Shown here piece by piece: positions 1 through 10,300 of a stretch of DNA of 64,000 nucleotides. Under the pieces are notes generated by a model. That model made no database searches, was not told the DNA's origin, and saw nothing but the letters and a program-made list of their open reading frames with translations. The position numbers were made by a program, and so were the translations under genes. Each line of letters starts with the position of its first letter. Within the stretch, counting starts at the first letter, position 1. This stretch comes from an uncultured Acidobacteriota bacterium (GTDB lineage: Bacteria; Actinomycetota; Acidimicrobiia; Spongiisociales; ZC4RG35), in the NCBI GenBank assembly GCA_963828465.1, contig CAWHEU010000004.1, positions 73,680-137,679 on the forward strand, in the 5' to 3' direction.

Positions 1-531
1 GCTGTGCCCGAGGAAGGCGACGCACCAGGGCTCGTTGAGCGTCACCCAGGTGTTGACCATGTCACCCAGGGCGTCCTTGGCCACGCGGGCGTACTCGGTA
101 AACCAGGCAACCGACTCGGGGTTGAGCCAGCCGCCCCGGTCCTGCAGGGCCTGGGGCAGGTCCCAGTGATAGAGCGTGGCAACCGGAGTGATCCCGGCCC
201 CGGCCAACTCCTTGCAAAGCCGGCGATAGAAGTCGACGCCGGCCTGATTTACTCGACCGGTCCCATCGGGCAGCAGACGTGGCCACGCGATCGAGAACCT
301 GTAGGCATTGACCCCGAGCTCAGACATGAGGGCGACGTCCTCGGCGTATCGGTGGTAATGATCCACCGCACGATCGCCGGTTTCCCCGTTGCTCGTGTTG
401 CCCGGGGTGTGGGCGAATGTGTCCCAGATAGACGGAGCCCGTCCGTCTTCGGCCACGGCACCCTCGATCTGATACGAGGCCGTGGCCACACCCCACAGGA
501 ACCCAGGGGGGAACTGCGACAAAGATGCCAT
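1..531 (-). CDS. GH1 beta-glucosidase, partial; the N-terminal ~177 aa are in the window and the 3' end runs past the window start
   Basis: The reverse complement of 481-531 translates to [21 protein letters not shown], the classic GH1 N-terminus. Downstream reverse-strand sequence gives [21 protein letters not shown]. The gene lies at the end of a sugar ABC operon. Confidence 0.85.
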   Translation of the reverse strand, partial: MASLSQFPPGFLWGVATASYQIEGAVAEDGRAPSIWDTFAHTPGNTSNGETGDRAVDHYHRYAEDVALMSELGVNAYRFSIAWPRLLPDGTGRVNQAGVDFYRRLCKELAGAGITPVATLYHWDLPQALQDRGGWLNPESVAWFTEYARVAKDALGDMVNTWVTLNEPWCVAFLGHS

Positions 532-554
532 CTGGCGCTGCTTCCTTTCTCTAC

Positions 555-1634
555 CTACTTCTGGACACCGGAGAGATCGATGCCCTTCAGAAACACTCTT
601 TGGGCGAAGAGGAAGACCATCACCGGGATGATCAGGGCCAGCATGGCGCCCGACTGGACGAGGCTGGGGGTGTCGTCGTAGAGCGTGTTGAAAGTGCGCA
701 GGCCCACCGCAATCGGCTGCAATTCCGGTCGTGCCGAGAGATAGATCAAGGGCTCGAAGAAGTCATTCCAGGCGAAGTAGAAATGAAAGAGGGATACAGC
801 AACGATCGGGGCCTTCATCTGCGGGAGGAGGACCGACCACAGAGTGCGAAACGGCCCAGCCCCGTCGATGGTGGCTGCTTCGTCGAGCTCTCTGGGGATG
901 GTGAGGAAATACTGTCTGAGCAGGAACACGTTGAAGGCGTTGGCGAAGAAGTGGGGAACGATCAACGGCAGCCATGTGCCCACCCATCCGATGCGGAGGA
1001 AGAGCGTGTAGGTGGGAACAAGCGTGGCGTAACGAGGGAGGATGATCGTGGCGATCAGCACCACCATGATCGACCTGCCGAACGGCACGTGGAAGCGGGC
1101 CAACCCGTAGGCGACCAGGATGGAGGACCCGACCGCCCCTATCGTCCCCAGTCCGGCGATGACCAGCGTGTTCCTCAGCAGGAGCGGGAAGTCCATCAAG
1201 TCCCAGGCTTGGCTGTAGTTCTGCCATTGCGGGTCGAACGCGTACGCGGGCTCGAGCAACCTCCAGTTGCCTTCCCACTCGATAGGCCCAGCCGATGGAT
1301 CGGCGGGGTCGATGAATTGCGACGTCTGCCGCCCCGGCTGGAGCATCGCCAGCTCTCGTTCCGTGCCATCGGGCATGGGAACGGTGTAGATGTCGAGTTG
1401 TTCGCCCTCGTACTCGAAGGTGGCTGCCGACTGGGGAAGGATCGGACCCTCGAAGTCGGAGAGCATCTGCTCGGACTTGAGCGAAGTGACTGCCATGTAT
1501 CCGAGGGGAAGAAGGAACACGAACAGGACCAACCCGGTGATCCCGGTCAACATCCAGCCCTGGAGGCGCCTCTTCCGGGGACGACCGGCAGTGGGGGTGG
1601 TCGAGGTGCTCTCGCGCTCCAGGGTCGCAGTCAT
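555..1634 (-). CDS. Carbohydrate ABC transporter permease (MalG/CebG-like)
   Basis: 359-aa ORF with multiple TM segments and an EAAxIDGA permease signature ([21 protein letters not shown]). Confidence 0.85.
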   Translation of the reverse strand: MTATLERESTSTTPTAGRPRKRRLQGWMLTGITGLVLFVFLLPLGYMAVTSLKSEQMLSDFEGPILPQSAATFEYEGEQLDIYTVPMPDGTERELAMLQPGRQTSQFIDPADPSAGPIEWEGNWRLLEPAYAFDPQWQNYSQAWDLMDFPLLLRNTLVIAGLGTIGAVGSSILVAYGLARFHVPFGRSIMVVLIATIILPRYATLVPTYTLFLRIGWVGTWLPLIVPHFFANAFNVFLLRQYFLTIPRELDEAATIDGAGPFRTLWSVLLPQMKAPIVAVSLFHFYFAWNDFFEPLIYLSARPELQPIAVGLRTFNTLYDDTPSLVQSGAMLALIIPVMVFLFAQRVFLKGIDLSGVQK

Positions 1635-1638
1635 CGTC

Positions 1639-2598
1639 TCATCCCTCGAACTCGTAGTGGACCCAGTACTTGGCCGACCAGAAAAGGGCCCCCGTCGTCA
1701 ACACCGCGACGATGAACAGCGCCCAAGCCAATGTCGCCGCGTACCCCATGTTGAAAAACTGGAACCCGGTCCTGAAGAAATAGAGGGCAAAGAACTGGGT
1801 CGCCCCGTTGGGGGCGCCGCTGCCGTTGTTGAGGACGAAGGGGACGAGGAAGTAACCGAAGATCCCGATCAGGGTGATGACCAGGTTGTAGAAGATGATC
1901 GGGGTGATGAATGGGATGGTGATGTGCCGGAAGGAGCCCCACTCCCCGGCGCCGTCGATGCGGGCCGCGGCATAGAGGTCTTCCGGGACCCCTTTCATGG
2001 CGGCAATGAAGATGAGGACGGCATTCCCCACCGCCCAGAGACCGATGAACACCAGGGAGGGGTAGATCCAGAACTCATCGTGGAACCAGTCCGGCCCGTC
2101 GATACCGAAAATGGCGAGGATCTTGTTCACCCAGCCTATTTGCCCATTGAAGACCCCGTTGAAGATGAGGACCGCGGCCACGAAGGGGATGATCGACGGC
2201 ATGTAGAAGAGGGCCCGGAATGTCTCCCGCCCCTTGAGGGACCTGCTGACCAGGAGATATGCGATTGCCATCGGGAACAGAATCGCGAAGGGGAGGGCGA
2301 TCGCCCCGAACTTGAGGGTTACCAAGACCGACTGGTGAACGTCGGCGTCGTTGAACATCCTGACCCAGTTCTCCAGCCCGATGAATTGCATCGGCTCGTC
2401 ACTCACCAGGTCGTAGTCGGTGAACGAGAACCAGAGGGAGGCCGCCATCGGGATCGCGTACCAGAGGAAGAACCCGAGTATCCAGGGCATGACGAACCAA
2501 ATCCCGGCTCGGCCCCGTCTCCTTGCCAGGGATGATCTCCTGGGCCGAGAGGGAGCGGCCGGGTGCTCGGCCGCTCCCTCATCGACGATCACAGTCAT
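1639..2598 (-). CDS. Carbohydrate ABC transporter permease (MalF/CebF-like)
   Basis: The ORF contains AAARIDGAGEWGSFRHITIPFI. I placed the start at internal MTVIVDEG, just downstream of the binding-protein stop; the longer 2751 start would overlap the upstream gene. Confidence 0.8.
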   Translation of the reverse strand: MTVIVDEGAAEHPAAPSRPRRSSLARRRGRAGIWFVMPWILGFFLWYAIPMAASLWFSFTDYDLVSDEPMQFIGLENWVRMFNDADVHQSVLVTLKFGAIALPFAILFPMAIAYLLVSRSLKGRETFRALFYMPSIIPFVAAVLIFNGVFNGQIGWVNKILAIFGIDGPDWFHDEFWIYPSLVFIGLWAVGNAVLIFIAAMKGVPEDLYAAARIDGAGEWGSFRHITIPFITPIIFYNLVITLIGIFGYFLVPFVLNNGSGAPNGATQFFALYFFRTGFQFFNMGYAATLAWALFIVAVLTTGALFWSAKYWVHYEFEG

Positions 2599-2615
2599 GC
2601 GATCGACCCTAACCG

Positions 2616-4088
2616 TCAGCCTTCGGCGTTCTCGGCGAAGATCGCGCTCAGGTCGCTTTCCACCTGGGCGATCTCGGCATCCAGATCGATATCTGGATTG
2701 GACAGGAGCCCGGTTTCGAGCTCCTTGAGCCGGATCTTGTACTCCGACCATCCGGGGAGGAAGGTCTCGTGGCTCGGGTTGTCCGCATAGTTGGCTCCAT
2801 CGAGGATGGTCTGCCAGTTGACCCCTTGCGGGTACCTCTCATCTTGGGCTGCCAGGTAAGCGTCCATCAGCGCCGGGTCCGCCGGCGCTGCACCGTAGGC
2901 CGTCAGCAGGTCCAGAGCCGCCTCGGTGAGGAGGTAGTACATGGCCGTGAACGCCTCTTCAGGATGCTCGGTCGAGTCCAGGATGCGGAAGGTGTCCGCA
3001 TGCAGGTTGGCCGTGACCACCCCCTCATTGGAAGGCATGACCCCGTAGTCCCAGAAGTCTCCGGCAATGGTGTCGCTCTGAATGCAGCACGTGTACCAGA
3101 GGTGAGTCGCCGCCATTGCTATGTTCCCGCCCTGGAACAGGTTGTCGCCCGCATCCAATACGGTCTGGTCTGGTGAGATGCCTCGCTCCCACACGTTGGC
3201 GTGGAACCACTTCCACTCCTCTTCCCAGATCGCCGGGATGTCGGCTGTGCCGTCATCCGCCATCGGGTAACCGGCGCCCCAGAACGACCCGTTCTGGAAG
3301 AGACCGGTGGTGAACTGCCAGTGGAAGCCCCACTGGGTCGCAGTCGTGCGGTCGAAGGCGGGATCCGTGGCGTCCACCCCGTTGCCATCGACGGTCAGGA
3401 TCTCGGCGATCTCCTGGACCTTGGCCCAGTCCCAGGTTCCCTCGTATTCCGTGCCCTCACCGTAGACAGTCACGCCATCCGGCCCATACTCCTGTGGCGG
3501 TTCGGGCAGACCGGCCTCCGCGAAGAGGTCCCGGTTGAAATAGATGGCCGACGGGAAGGATCCGAACGGGAGACCCACCAAGGTCCCGTCGGCTTCCCGC
3601 TGGTTGTCCACGGCGGCGGTCGCCCATTGTGAGGTCTCCACCCCGGTCGACTCGATCAACGGCTCGATGTCCAGGTAGAGCCCGGCGAACCCATTCGAGC
3701 CGTCGCGGCCTACCGGACCGATGATGTCCGGGGCGTCGCCCGTCGCGATCTGGTTTGCCAGGGTCGTGTATGCGACGTCGTAGTCGACGATCTCGAGCAC
3801 GAGCTCGATCTCATCCTGCGACTCGTTGAAAGCGGCAACGACCTCCTCTTGAGCCGCCTTCTGCTCCGGCTGATCCCCGGCGCCGAGCCCGACGAACCAC
3901 CTAATCTCAACTGCCTCGCCGGACGGTGCCGCGGTAGTCGCCGCCGCAGCCGCCGTGGTAGTGGGCTCCTCGGAAGCGGCCGCCGTGGTACTGGAACCAC
4001 CGGATTCACCGGATTCACCGGTACCACCACACGCGGCAAGGATCAAGAGGAGCACCACCACGAGGGCGGTACTCTTGGATTTCTTCAT
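2616..4088 (-). CDS. Extracellular solute-binding lipoprotein of a sugar ABC transporter (CebE-like)
   Basis: MKKSKSTALVVVLLLILAACGG is a lipoprotein signal, followed by a Thr/Ala-rich linker and a family-1 solute-binding protein fold. It is the first gene of the transporter operon. Confidence 0.8.
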   Translation of the reverse strand: MKKSKSTALVVVLLLILAACGGTGESGESGGSSTTAAASEEPTTTAAAAATTAAPSGEAVEIRWFVGLGAGDQPEQKAAQEEVVAAFNESQDEIELVLEIVDYDVAYTTLANQIATGDAPDIIGPVGRDGSNGFAGLYLDIEPLIESTGVETSQWATAAVDNQREADGTLVGLPFGSFPSAIYFNRDLFAEAGLPEPPQEYGPDGVTVYGEGTEYEGTWDWAKVQEIAEILTVDGNGVDATDPAFDRTTATQWGFHWQFTTGLFQNGSFWGAGYPMADDGTADIPAIWEEEWKWFHANVWERGISPDQTVLDAGDNLFQGGNIAMAATHLWYTCCIQSDTIAGDFWDYGVMPSNEGVVTANLHADTFRILDSTEHPEEAFTAMYYLLTEAALDLLTAYGAAPADPALMDAYLAAQDERYPQGVNWQTILDGANYADNPSHETFLPGWSEYKIRLKELETGLLSNPDIDLDAEIAQVESDLSAIFAENAEG

Positions 4089-4201
4089 TGCTTTCCTTCT
4101 CCTCCTTCGGCCCCGGCTATTTCAACGGCCGCCTGGCCGTTGTGGTCCTGCACCGGGGACAGGCAGGACCTCCTTCTTCGGGCTATCCCCGCTACTTCGG
4201 T

Positions 4202-5209
4202 CTATCCCGATAGACCTCCAACCGTCGATTGCCTGATGACCAACTCGGTTGGAAGAAGCACTCGCCGCGGCCCACCCTCAGGATTCTCCAGAAGGCTGAG
4301 GAGGGCAGAGGCCGACTCGATGCCCTGGGCGTGCACGCCCTGACGGATCGTGGTCAGCGGAGGATCGAGCTCAGATGCGCCGGGGAGATCATCGAACCCG
4401 GCCAGCGCCACGTCCCTCGGAACGATCAGACCGGCTGCCCTGATCGCCTCCATTGCCCCACTTGCCGTGGCGTCGTTCGCGCAAAAGATGGCATCGACCC
4501 CAAGTTCGAGCACCTTCGCTGCGGCCTCGATACCGGTTGGGCGGGTGAAGTCACCCTCCACCACCAAGAGTTCGGGGTCGAGGCCGGCACGCTGCATCGC
4601 CCGTCGGTACCCGGTCAGACGGTCCTCGCCGGCCACACTGCCCAGACGGCCCGTGATGTGGCCGACACGGGTCCGGCCGAGGTCGATGAGGTGGGTCGTG
4701 ACCGTGTCGGCGGCACCAATGTTGTCGATATCGACATAGCTGGCGGTCAGATCAGAGCGCCGATGACCGATGAGGACGGTGGGAAGGTCCGAGGCGAGCA
4801 GGCCATCGACCAGGGGATCATCGAGGTTGTCTGCAGACACGATGACTCCATCCATGAGGCCGGTGCCGAGGATCCGGTCCAGGGTCTCTTCCTTGCTCCG
4901 GTTGCCCAGCCACAACATCATCCCGCTCGCCCGATCGGCGAGCACGTCACTCACTCCGTGGAGCAGGGCCACGAAATAGGAGTCTTCGAAGAGGACAGGT
5001 GGGGCGACATGCATGACAACGCCCACCACCCCGGTGCGCCCCGACGCCAGGGAGCGGGCGGCGAGGTTTGGTCGATAGTTGGTGCCCTCGATCACCTCGA
5101 GGACACGTCGTCTGGTCGCTTCGGAGACCGATCCCCCGTTGATTACCCGGGAGACGGTGGCACGCGAAACACCGCTGAGTTCGGCCAAGTCGTCGAGCGT
5201 CCGCGCCAT
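4202..5209 (-). CDS. LacI-family transcriptional regulator (CebR-like)
   Basis: The N-terminal HTH LAELSGVSRATVSRVING is followed by a periplasmic-binding-like effector domain. Two AGCGCT-core palindromes lie just upstream. Confidence 0.85.
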   Translation of the reverse strand: MARTLDDLAELSGVSRATVSRVINGGSVSEATRRRVLEVIEGTNYRPNLAARSLASGRTGVVGVVMHVAPPVLFEDSYFVALLHGVSDVLADRASGMMLWLGNRSKEETLDRILGTGLMDGVIVSADNLDDPLVDGLLASDLPTVLIGHRRSDLTASYVDIDNIGAADTVTTHLIDLGRTRVGHITGRLGSVAGEDRLTGYRRAMQRAGLDPELLVVEGDFTRPTGIEAAAKVLELGVDAIFCANDATASGAMEAIRAAGLIVPRDVALAGFDDLPGASELDPPLTTIRQGVHAQGIESASALLSLLENPEGGPRRVLLPTELVIRQSTVGGLSG

Positions 5210-5228
5210 CCGTTGAGCCTCATCCCTC

Positions 5229-5242
5229 TGAGAGCGCTCTCA
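5229..5242. promoter_or_regulatory. Perfect 14-bp palindrome TGAGAGCGCTCTCA, a candidate LacI/CebR-type operator
   Basis: Read directly from the sequence, 20 bp upstream of the LacI gene start. It resembles the Streptomyces CebR box TGGGAGCGCTCCCA. A second palindrome GAAAGCGCTTTC sits at 5305-5316. Confidence 0.5.
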
Positions 5243-5314
5243 AACATACCGGCCATCAGTAGGCGCTGTCAATCAAAAGTGGGGATCAATTTGCCAGAAG
5301 TTTGGAAAGCGCTT

Positions 5315-6544
5315 TCAGGACGAGGGCTTCCAGGTCTGGTAATGGCGCCGGGCACAGGCCTCCGGGTCCTCGTAGTACTGGTCGGGGGTGACGTCGAGAG
5401 TCACGGTCTTCACCGGAGCCCGGATCGTGGGAGCGGTAGCGGCGAATCTCCGAATCACCTCGGCGTGCGGCTTGAGGGTGCCATCGGGTCGCACCAGGCC
5501 GAAGTGGCGCTCGTGCTTGGCCCCGCCGTCGTCGCACGGGGGCCGGTCCCAGAGGTCGGGGTGATAATCGGCGAAACACCACATGAAGGCGCCACTCGCC
5601 CCGACATCGACCAACCGGGGCAGCACCGATTCGACGTAGTCGGCGAACGCCTCCTCCCCGGCCATGAACTGGGTCCTCGACGATCCGTAAGCAGTCCAGG
5701 ACCAGGTCGTGGAGCCGGCAGTGTCGGGTGAGGTGCAGCCACCCCACTCCTCGGCCAGGCACGGCTTACCGGTGAGCGCGGTGACCAGCGCACAGAGATA
5801 GGGGACGAAGTCCGGGTCGAGTGGGTCACGTGCCCAATCGACATACATCGGGTAGCCGTGCATCACCGCGACATCGCTCTCGCTGAACACATGGTCGACA
5901 CGGAGCCCGTTGTCGGCGAAGAGACTGGCCGTGTGCAGGCCCGTCGTGACCGGGTGGTCGGGGTCGATCTCTTTGACCAGTTGAGTCATCTCCCTGACCC
6001 AGGATCGGCCCGCAGCAGCATCGCGGGGGTGGGCAAACAAATCGGGCTCGTTCCCCAGGTTCCACATCCAGACCCCGGCGTGGGAGCGGTACTCGCCGAC
6101 GACCGTCTCGAGGAGCAGACGACCCGCATCGAGGGCGGCCCGGTCGTGGAACATGTTCCGATACGACGTGTCTACGACCACTCCCCCGCTGACCACCTGA
6201 CGGACGTGTGGGGACGGGTGCCCGGCCACAGATGGATCCAGGAGCCATCCCGGCGACCAGTTGGGCCCGCTCATGTGACCGGTGAAGAAGGTCACATCCA
6301 GAGCCAGCCCTCGCCCGGCAGCGAGGTCCAAGACCACGCCGAGGTCGCGAAGACGTTCGGGCGAGACCGCGTCGGCTGAAGGCTGCCAATCGTCCCAGAG
6401 CAGGAAGATCCGCACCACGGACATGCCCAGCGACTCGATCACATCGAACTCTTCTGCCACTTCGCCCCGGTCGAAATCAGACCACCAGTACATCGCCTTG
6501 GCCCGCGGCCAGTAGTTGACACCGAGGGGGAAAGGGTCGCCCAT
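5315..6544 (-). CDS. GH5 (clan GH-A) glycoside hydrolase, cellulase/mannanase-like
   Basis: TIM-barrel motifs are present: RIFLLWDDWQP and the catalytic NEP context WNLGNEPDL. Confidence 0.65.
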   Translation of the reverse strand: MGDPFPLGVNYWPRAKAMYWWSDFDRGEVAEEFDVIESLGMSVVRIFLLWDDWQPSADAVSPERLRDLGVVLDLAAGRGLALDVTFFTGHMSGPNWSPGWLLDPSVAGHPSPHVRQVVSGGVVVDTSYRNMFHDRAALDAGRLLLETVVGEYRSHAGVWMWNLGNEPDLFAHPRDAAAGRSWVREMTQLVKEIDPDHPVTTGLHTASLFADNGLRVDHVFSESDVAVMHGYPMYVDWARDPLDPDFVPYLCALVTALTGKPCLAEEWGGCTSPDTAGSTTWSWTAYGSSRTQFMAGEEAFADYVESVLPRLVDVGASGAFMWCFADYHPDLWDRPPCDDGGAKHERHFGLVRPDGTLKPHAEVIRRFAATAPTIRAPVKTVTLDVTPDQYYEDPEACARRHYQTWKPSS

Positions 6545-6553
6545 CTGCGCCGC

Positions 6554-7112
6554 TCATTTGTCTTCGTCCTGCAACGCATCGAGGACCAATGCCACCGACT
6601 CTTCCACCGATCGATCACCCGTGTCGACCACGACATCAGCGATCTCCCTGAACAGTCGGTCTCGATTCTCCAGATGCTCCGATTGCCGGACCGGTCGGCG
6701 ATGCGATCCGCGTGCCGATCGCTCGGCCAGGATGCGAGGGTCGGCTGTCACCCAGACACAGAACGCCCGGGCGAGGTCGTCACGCACGTCGGGCGTCTTC
6801 GATCACAGAAGCCGCCGCGGCGATCACTGCCGGCTGCTCAACGGAGAGCGAATCGATGAGGACTTCCTTCTCGCGGCGGTGCAATGCATCGACACCATCG
6901 GTCTCGGCGATCTCACGACCTGACCGCCCGGTTTGGGTCTCGATCGATCGGTCGGAGTCGTGGAAGATTCGGCCAAGGGCCACGGCCAGCCTCTCGCCTA
7001 CCGTGGTCTTGCCAGAGCCCATGGCCCCAATGACCACGATGTGCTCAGCCTCGGGCAAGGGCGCTCTCGATCCACTCGACGAGGGACTCCTCGCCGGCAA
7101 CCGAGGCACCAT
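6554..7112 (-). CDS. aroK: Shikimate kinase, with an apparent +1 frameshift near 6782
   Basis: Walker A IVVIGAMGSGKTTVGERLA is present. The first frame ends ...VIEDARRA* and the +1 frame continues DDLARAFCVWVTADPRILAER...DVVVDTGDRSVEESV, which matches the shikimate kinase C-terminus. The 5' end overlaps the TfoX-like ORF, so the true start is probably internal, around 7037. Confidence 0.6.
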
Positions 7113-7356
7113 CGACCATCACCCAGCCTGGCACGGGCAGATCGGCGAACAGCAGCGGACGGACTCCATCTCCGGCCAAGAACTCCTCCCACTCATCCCT
7201 GCCAACGTTGACACAGAGATCGTCGTCCATCACTGCGACCACGAGCTGGCCATCGACGAAGTAGCCGTCACCGTCGAGCACCCTTCCTTCGGTCAGTTCC
7301 CCACGCCCACGGAGGTGCGTCTCAATCCGGCCGAGGAGGTCGTCGTGCGGGCTCAA
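7045..7356 (-). CDS. TfoX/Sxy N-terminal domain protein
   Basis: 103-aa ORF with the pattern GRVLDGDGYFVDGQLVVAVMDDDLCVNVGRDEWEEF, typical of TfoX_N. Confidence 0.5.
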   Translation of the reverse strand: MSPHDDLLGRIETHLRGRGELTEGRVLDGDGYFVDGQLVVAVMDDDLCVNVGRDEWEEFLAGDGVRPLLFADLPVPGWVMVDGASVAGEESLVEWIESALARG

Positions 7357-10300
7357 CCGGCAGCTGGGACCTCGGTCACTTCGATCCCAACCGGCTTCCG
7401 TGGTGGCGCCGATGCCGAGATCACCCAGAAGGCGCCTTGCTGGCGATTCCAGTCGTCGAGGATCTGCTCGGCGACCGGACTAGCCGTGCAGCGCAGGTGA
7501 GTGTCGATGAGAGTGCGGATGTCGGCCAGATCCGCGTCCAGCGGCCGTCGGGCGGAAGGAGCAGTGTCGGCCAACAGGGCCTTGAGGCTGAGATCCGGGT
7601 CCCAGACATACGCCACCCCGCCGGTCATCCCGGCGGCGAAGTTGCGCCCGACGTCGCCGATCACCAGCACCTTGCCCCCGGTCATGTACTCACAACCGTG
7701 ATCGGAGCAACCCTCGATCACCGCAGTCGCACCGGAGTTGCGAACTGCAAATCTCTGTCCGACCCGTCCGGCCAGGAAGGCGCGGCCCCCGGTAGCGCCA
7801 TAGAGCACCGCATTCCCGGCAGCGTGTGGGGCGGACCCGCTCGGGCGCCGGGGCGAGACCGAGATCAGGCCGCCGCCCATCCCTTTGCCCAGATAATCGT
7901 TGGAGGTTCCCTCGAGATGGAATTCCACCCCGTTGCACAGCCAGGCACCGAAGCTCTGCCCGGCGGTCCCGGCGAACTTGACCACGATCGTGCTCTCAGG
8001 GAGGGCATCGCTCCCGTGGCGGGCGGTTATATCACCCGAGAGCCGGGCGCCGATGGCCCGGTCGACATTGCGGATCGGGTAGGAGAGCTCGACAGGTCGC
8101 TGAGTAGCAATTGCCTCCTGGCTGTCTGCCACCAGGCGAACGGAAAGACGTGAAAGCGGTAGCTTCCGGTAGCCCTCGTGGACCTTTCCACCCTTGGATG
8201 CGATCAGCATGGCGGATAGATCGGCGGAGAGCGGATGCTGAGGATCGATCGGGCGCAGCAGGTCGGCGCGACCCACCAGGTCGGCGATCGATCGGGCCCC
8301 GAGTGAAGCCATGTGACGGCGTGCCTCTTCGGCCAGGCGGCGGAAGAGAAGGACGACCTGATCGGCCGAGCCGGTGAACTTCGCCCTCAGGTCCTCCTGT
8401 TGGGTGGCGATGCCGACCGGGCAGGTGTTGAGGTGGCACTGGCGGACCATCTTGCAACCCATGGCGAGTAGCGGGAGGGTCCCGAAGCCGAAGCGCTCCG
8501 CCCCGAGCAGCGCGGCAACGATGATGTCGCGCCCGGTGCGCAGCCCTCCGTCGGTCTCCAGCAGCACCCGAGAGCGAAGGCCGTTGGCGGTGAGCACCTG
8601 GTGCGCCTCGGCCAGACCTAGCTCCCATGGCGAGCCGGCATGCTTGATCGAGACGAGTGGAGAGGCTCCGGTGCCTCCCTCTGACCCAGAGATGGTGATC
8701 ACATCGGCGTCAGCCTTGGCGACTCCGACGGCGATCGTGCCCACCCCGGGCTCGCTCACCAGCTTCACCGAGACGAGCGCGGTCGGCTTGAACGCCTTCA
8801 GGTCGTAGATGAGCTCGGCGAGGTCTTCGATCGAGTAAATGTCGTGATGCGGGGGCGGCGAGATGAGGGTGACACCCGGCTCGGTATAACGGAGACGGGC
8901 GATCTCGGGAGACACCTTGTGGCCGGGAAGCTGGCCCCCTTCGCCGGGCTTGGAGCCCTGGGCCATCTTGATCTGCAGCTCGTCGGCGGAATGCAGATAG
9001 GCGGGAGTGACCCCGAATCGGCCTGATGCGACCTGTTTGATCGCCGAGTTCATCGGCGTGCCGAACCGGGCGGGGTCCTCCCCTCCCTCACCGGAATTCG
9101 AGTGCCCGCCGATCAGGTTCATCGCCTCGGCCAGTGCAACGTGGGCTTCGGCCGATAGAGCGCCGTGCGACATCGCAGCCGTCGTGAACCGCCGCATGAT
9201 CGCCTCGACCGGCTCCACCTCCTCCATCGGGACCGGGTTCCGCTGCACGAAGGCGAGGAGATCGCGCACCAACGCAGGATCGCGATCCGAGATCATTTCG
9301 ATGTACTTGTCCCAGTCCTCAGGGTCACCCGATCGGACCGCCTTCTGCACTCCGAGGACGACCATCGGGCTGGTGACGTGGGTGTCCGAGCCGCGGCGGT
9401 GCTTGTAGAACCCGCCTGGATCCGGGACGCTCGCGGTGTAGCCCTCATGACGCAACAGCGCCTGCCGGGCCAGTTCCTTGATCCCAACGCCCCGGAGACG
9501 GCGCGGAGCGTTGCGGAACGCCTTGCGGCAGACCTGCTCGGAGAGCCCGATCGCCTCGAAGAGCTCAGAGCCGCGGTAGGCAGACAACGTGCAGATCCCC
9601 ATCTTGGACATGATCTTGAGCAGGCCACCCTCCATGGCAGCCCGGAAGTTCTCCTGGGCTGCCACCGGGTCGACGTCGATGGCGCCCGAGGCGGCGAGGT
9701 CGCCGGGCGTGCTCGATGGCCAGGTACGGGTTCACCGCCGACGCCCCGAACCCAACCATGCAGGCCAGGTCGTGGGGGTCTCGTGGCTCCCCCGACACAA
9801 CCACCAGCGACACCGAACCCCGCACCCCCTCGTCGATCAAACGGTGATGGACTGCTCCCAGAGCCAGGAGCATCGGTATCGGCGCCCTGGTGGCCTCCGT
9901 CTCCCGATCGGAAAGCACGATGATCGTCGCCCCCAACTTCACCGCCTGGGTGGCTTCCTCACAGATCTCGTCGAGCCGGCGCTCCATGCCCTCGGGCCCG
10001 TCGGCCACAGCCCACGTGGTGGCGATCCAATGCGAGAAGAAGCGGGCGTCCCCGGAGCGGACGATCGACTCCAGCTCGGCATCGGACAGGATCGGGCTGG
10101 ACAGCTCGATGAGATGGGCTTGCTGCGGGCGGTCCTCGAGGAGCGGACCGCGTCGCCCGAGCTGGATGCGGAGAGACATGACCAGCTTCTCCCGGATCGG
10201 GTCCATGGGCGGGTTGGTCACCTGGGCGAACTGCTCGTGGAAGAACTGGGTCAGACGACGTGGCTTGGTGGCCAGAACGGCGAGCCCGGTGTCATCACCC

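Noticed and set aside
525-1715. Long antisense or overlapping ORFs, for example 525-1715 (+), 1390-2535 (+), 4229-5731 (+), 8032-8628 (-), 28343-29194 (-), 52014-53288 (-), 9589-10587 (+) and 10753-11868 (+)
   Set aside because: They lie entirely opposite well-conserved genes. Their translations are Arg/Pro/Gly-rich and low in complexity. This is the usual GC-rich frame artefact.
4199-4216. Inverted repeat GGTCTATC-cc-GATAGACC spanning the LacI stop codon
   Set aside because: It could be an operator for the downstream transporter genes. However, it lies within coding sequence and is AT-poor, so it cannot be told apart from chance or a weak terminator.
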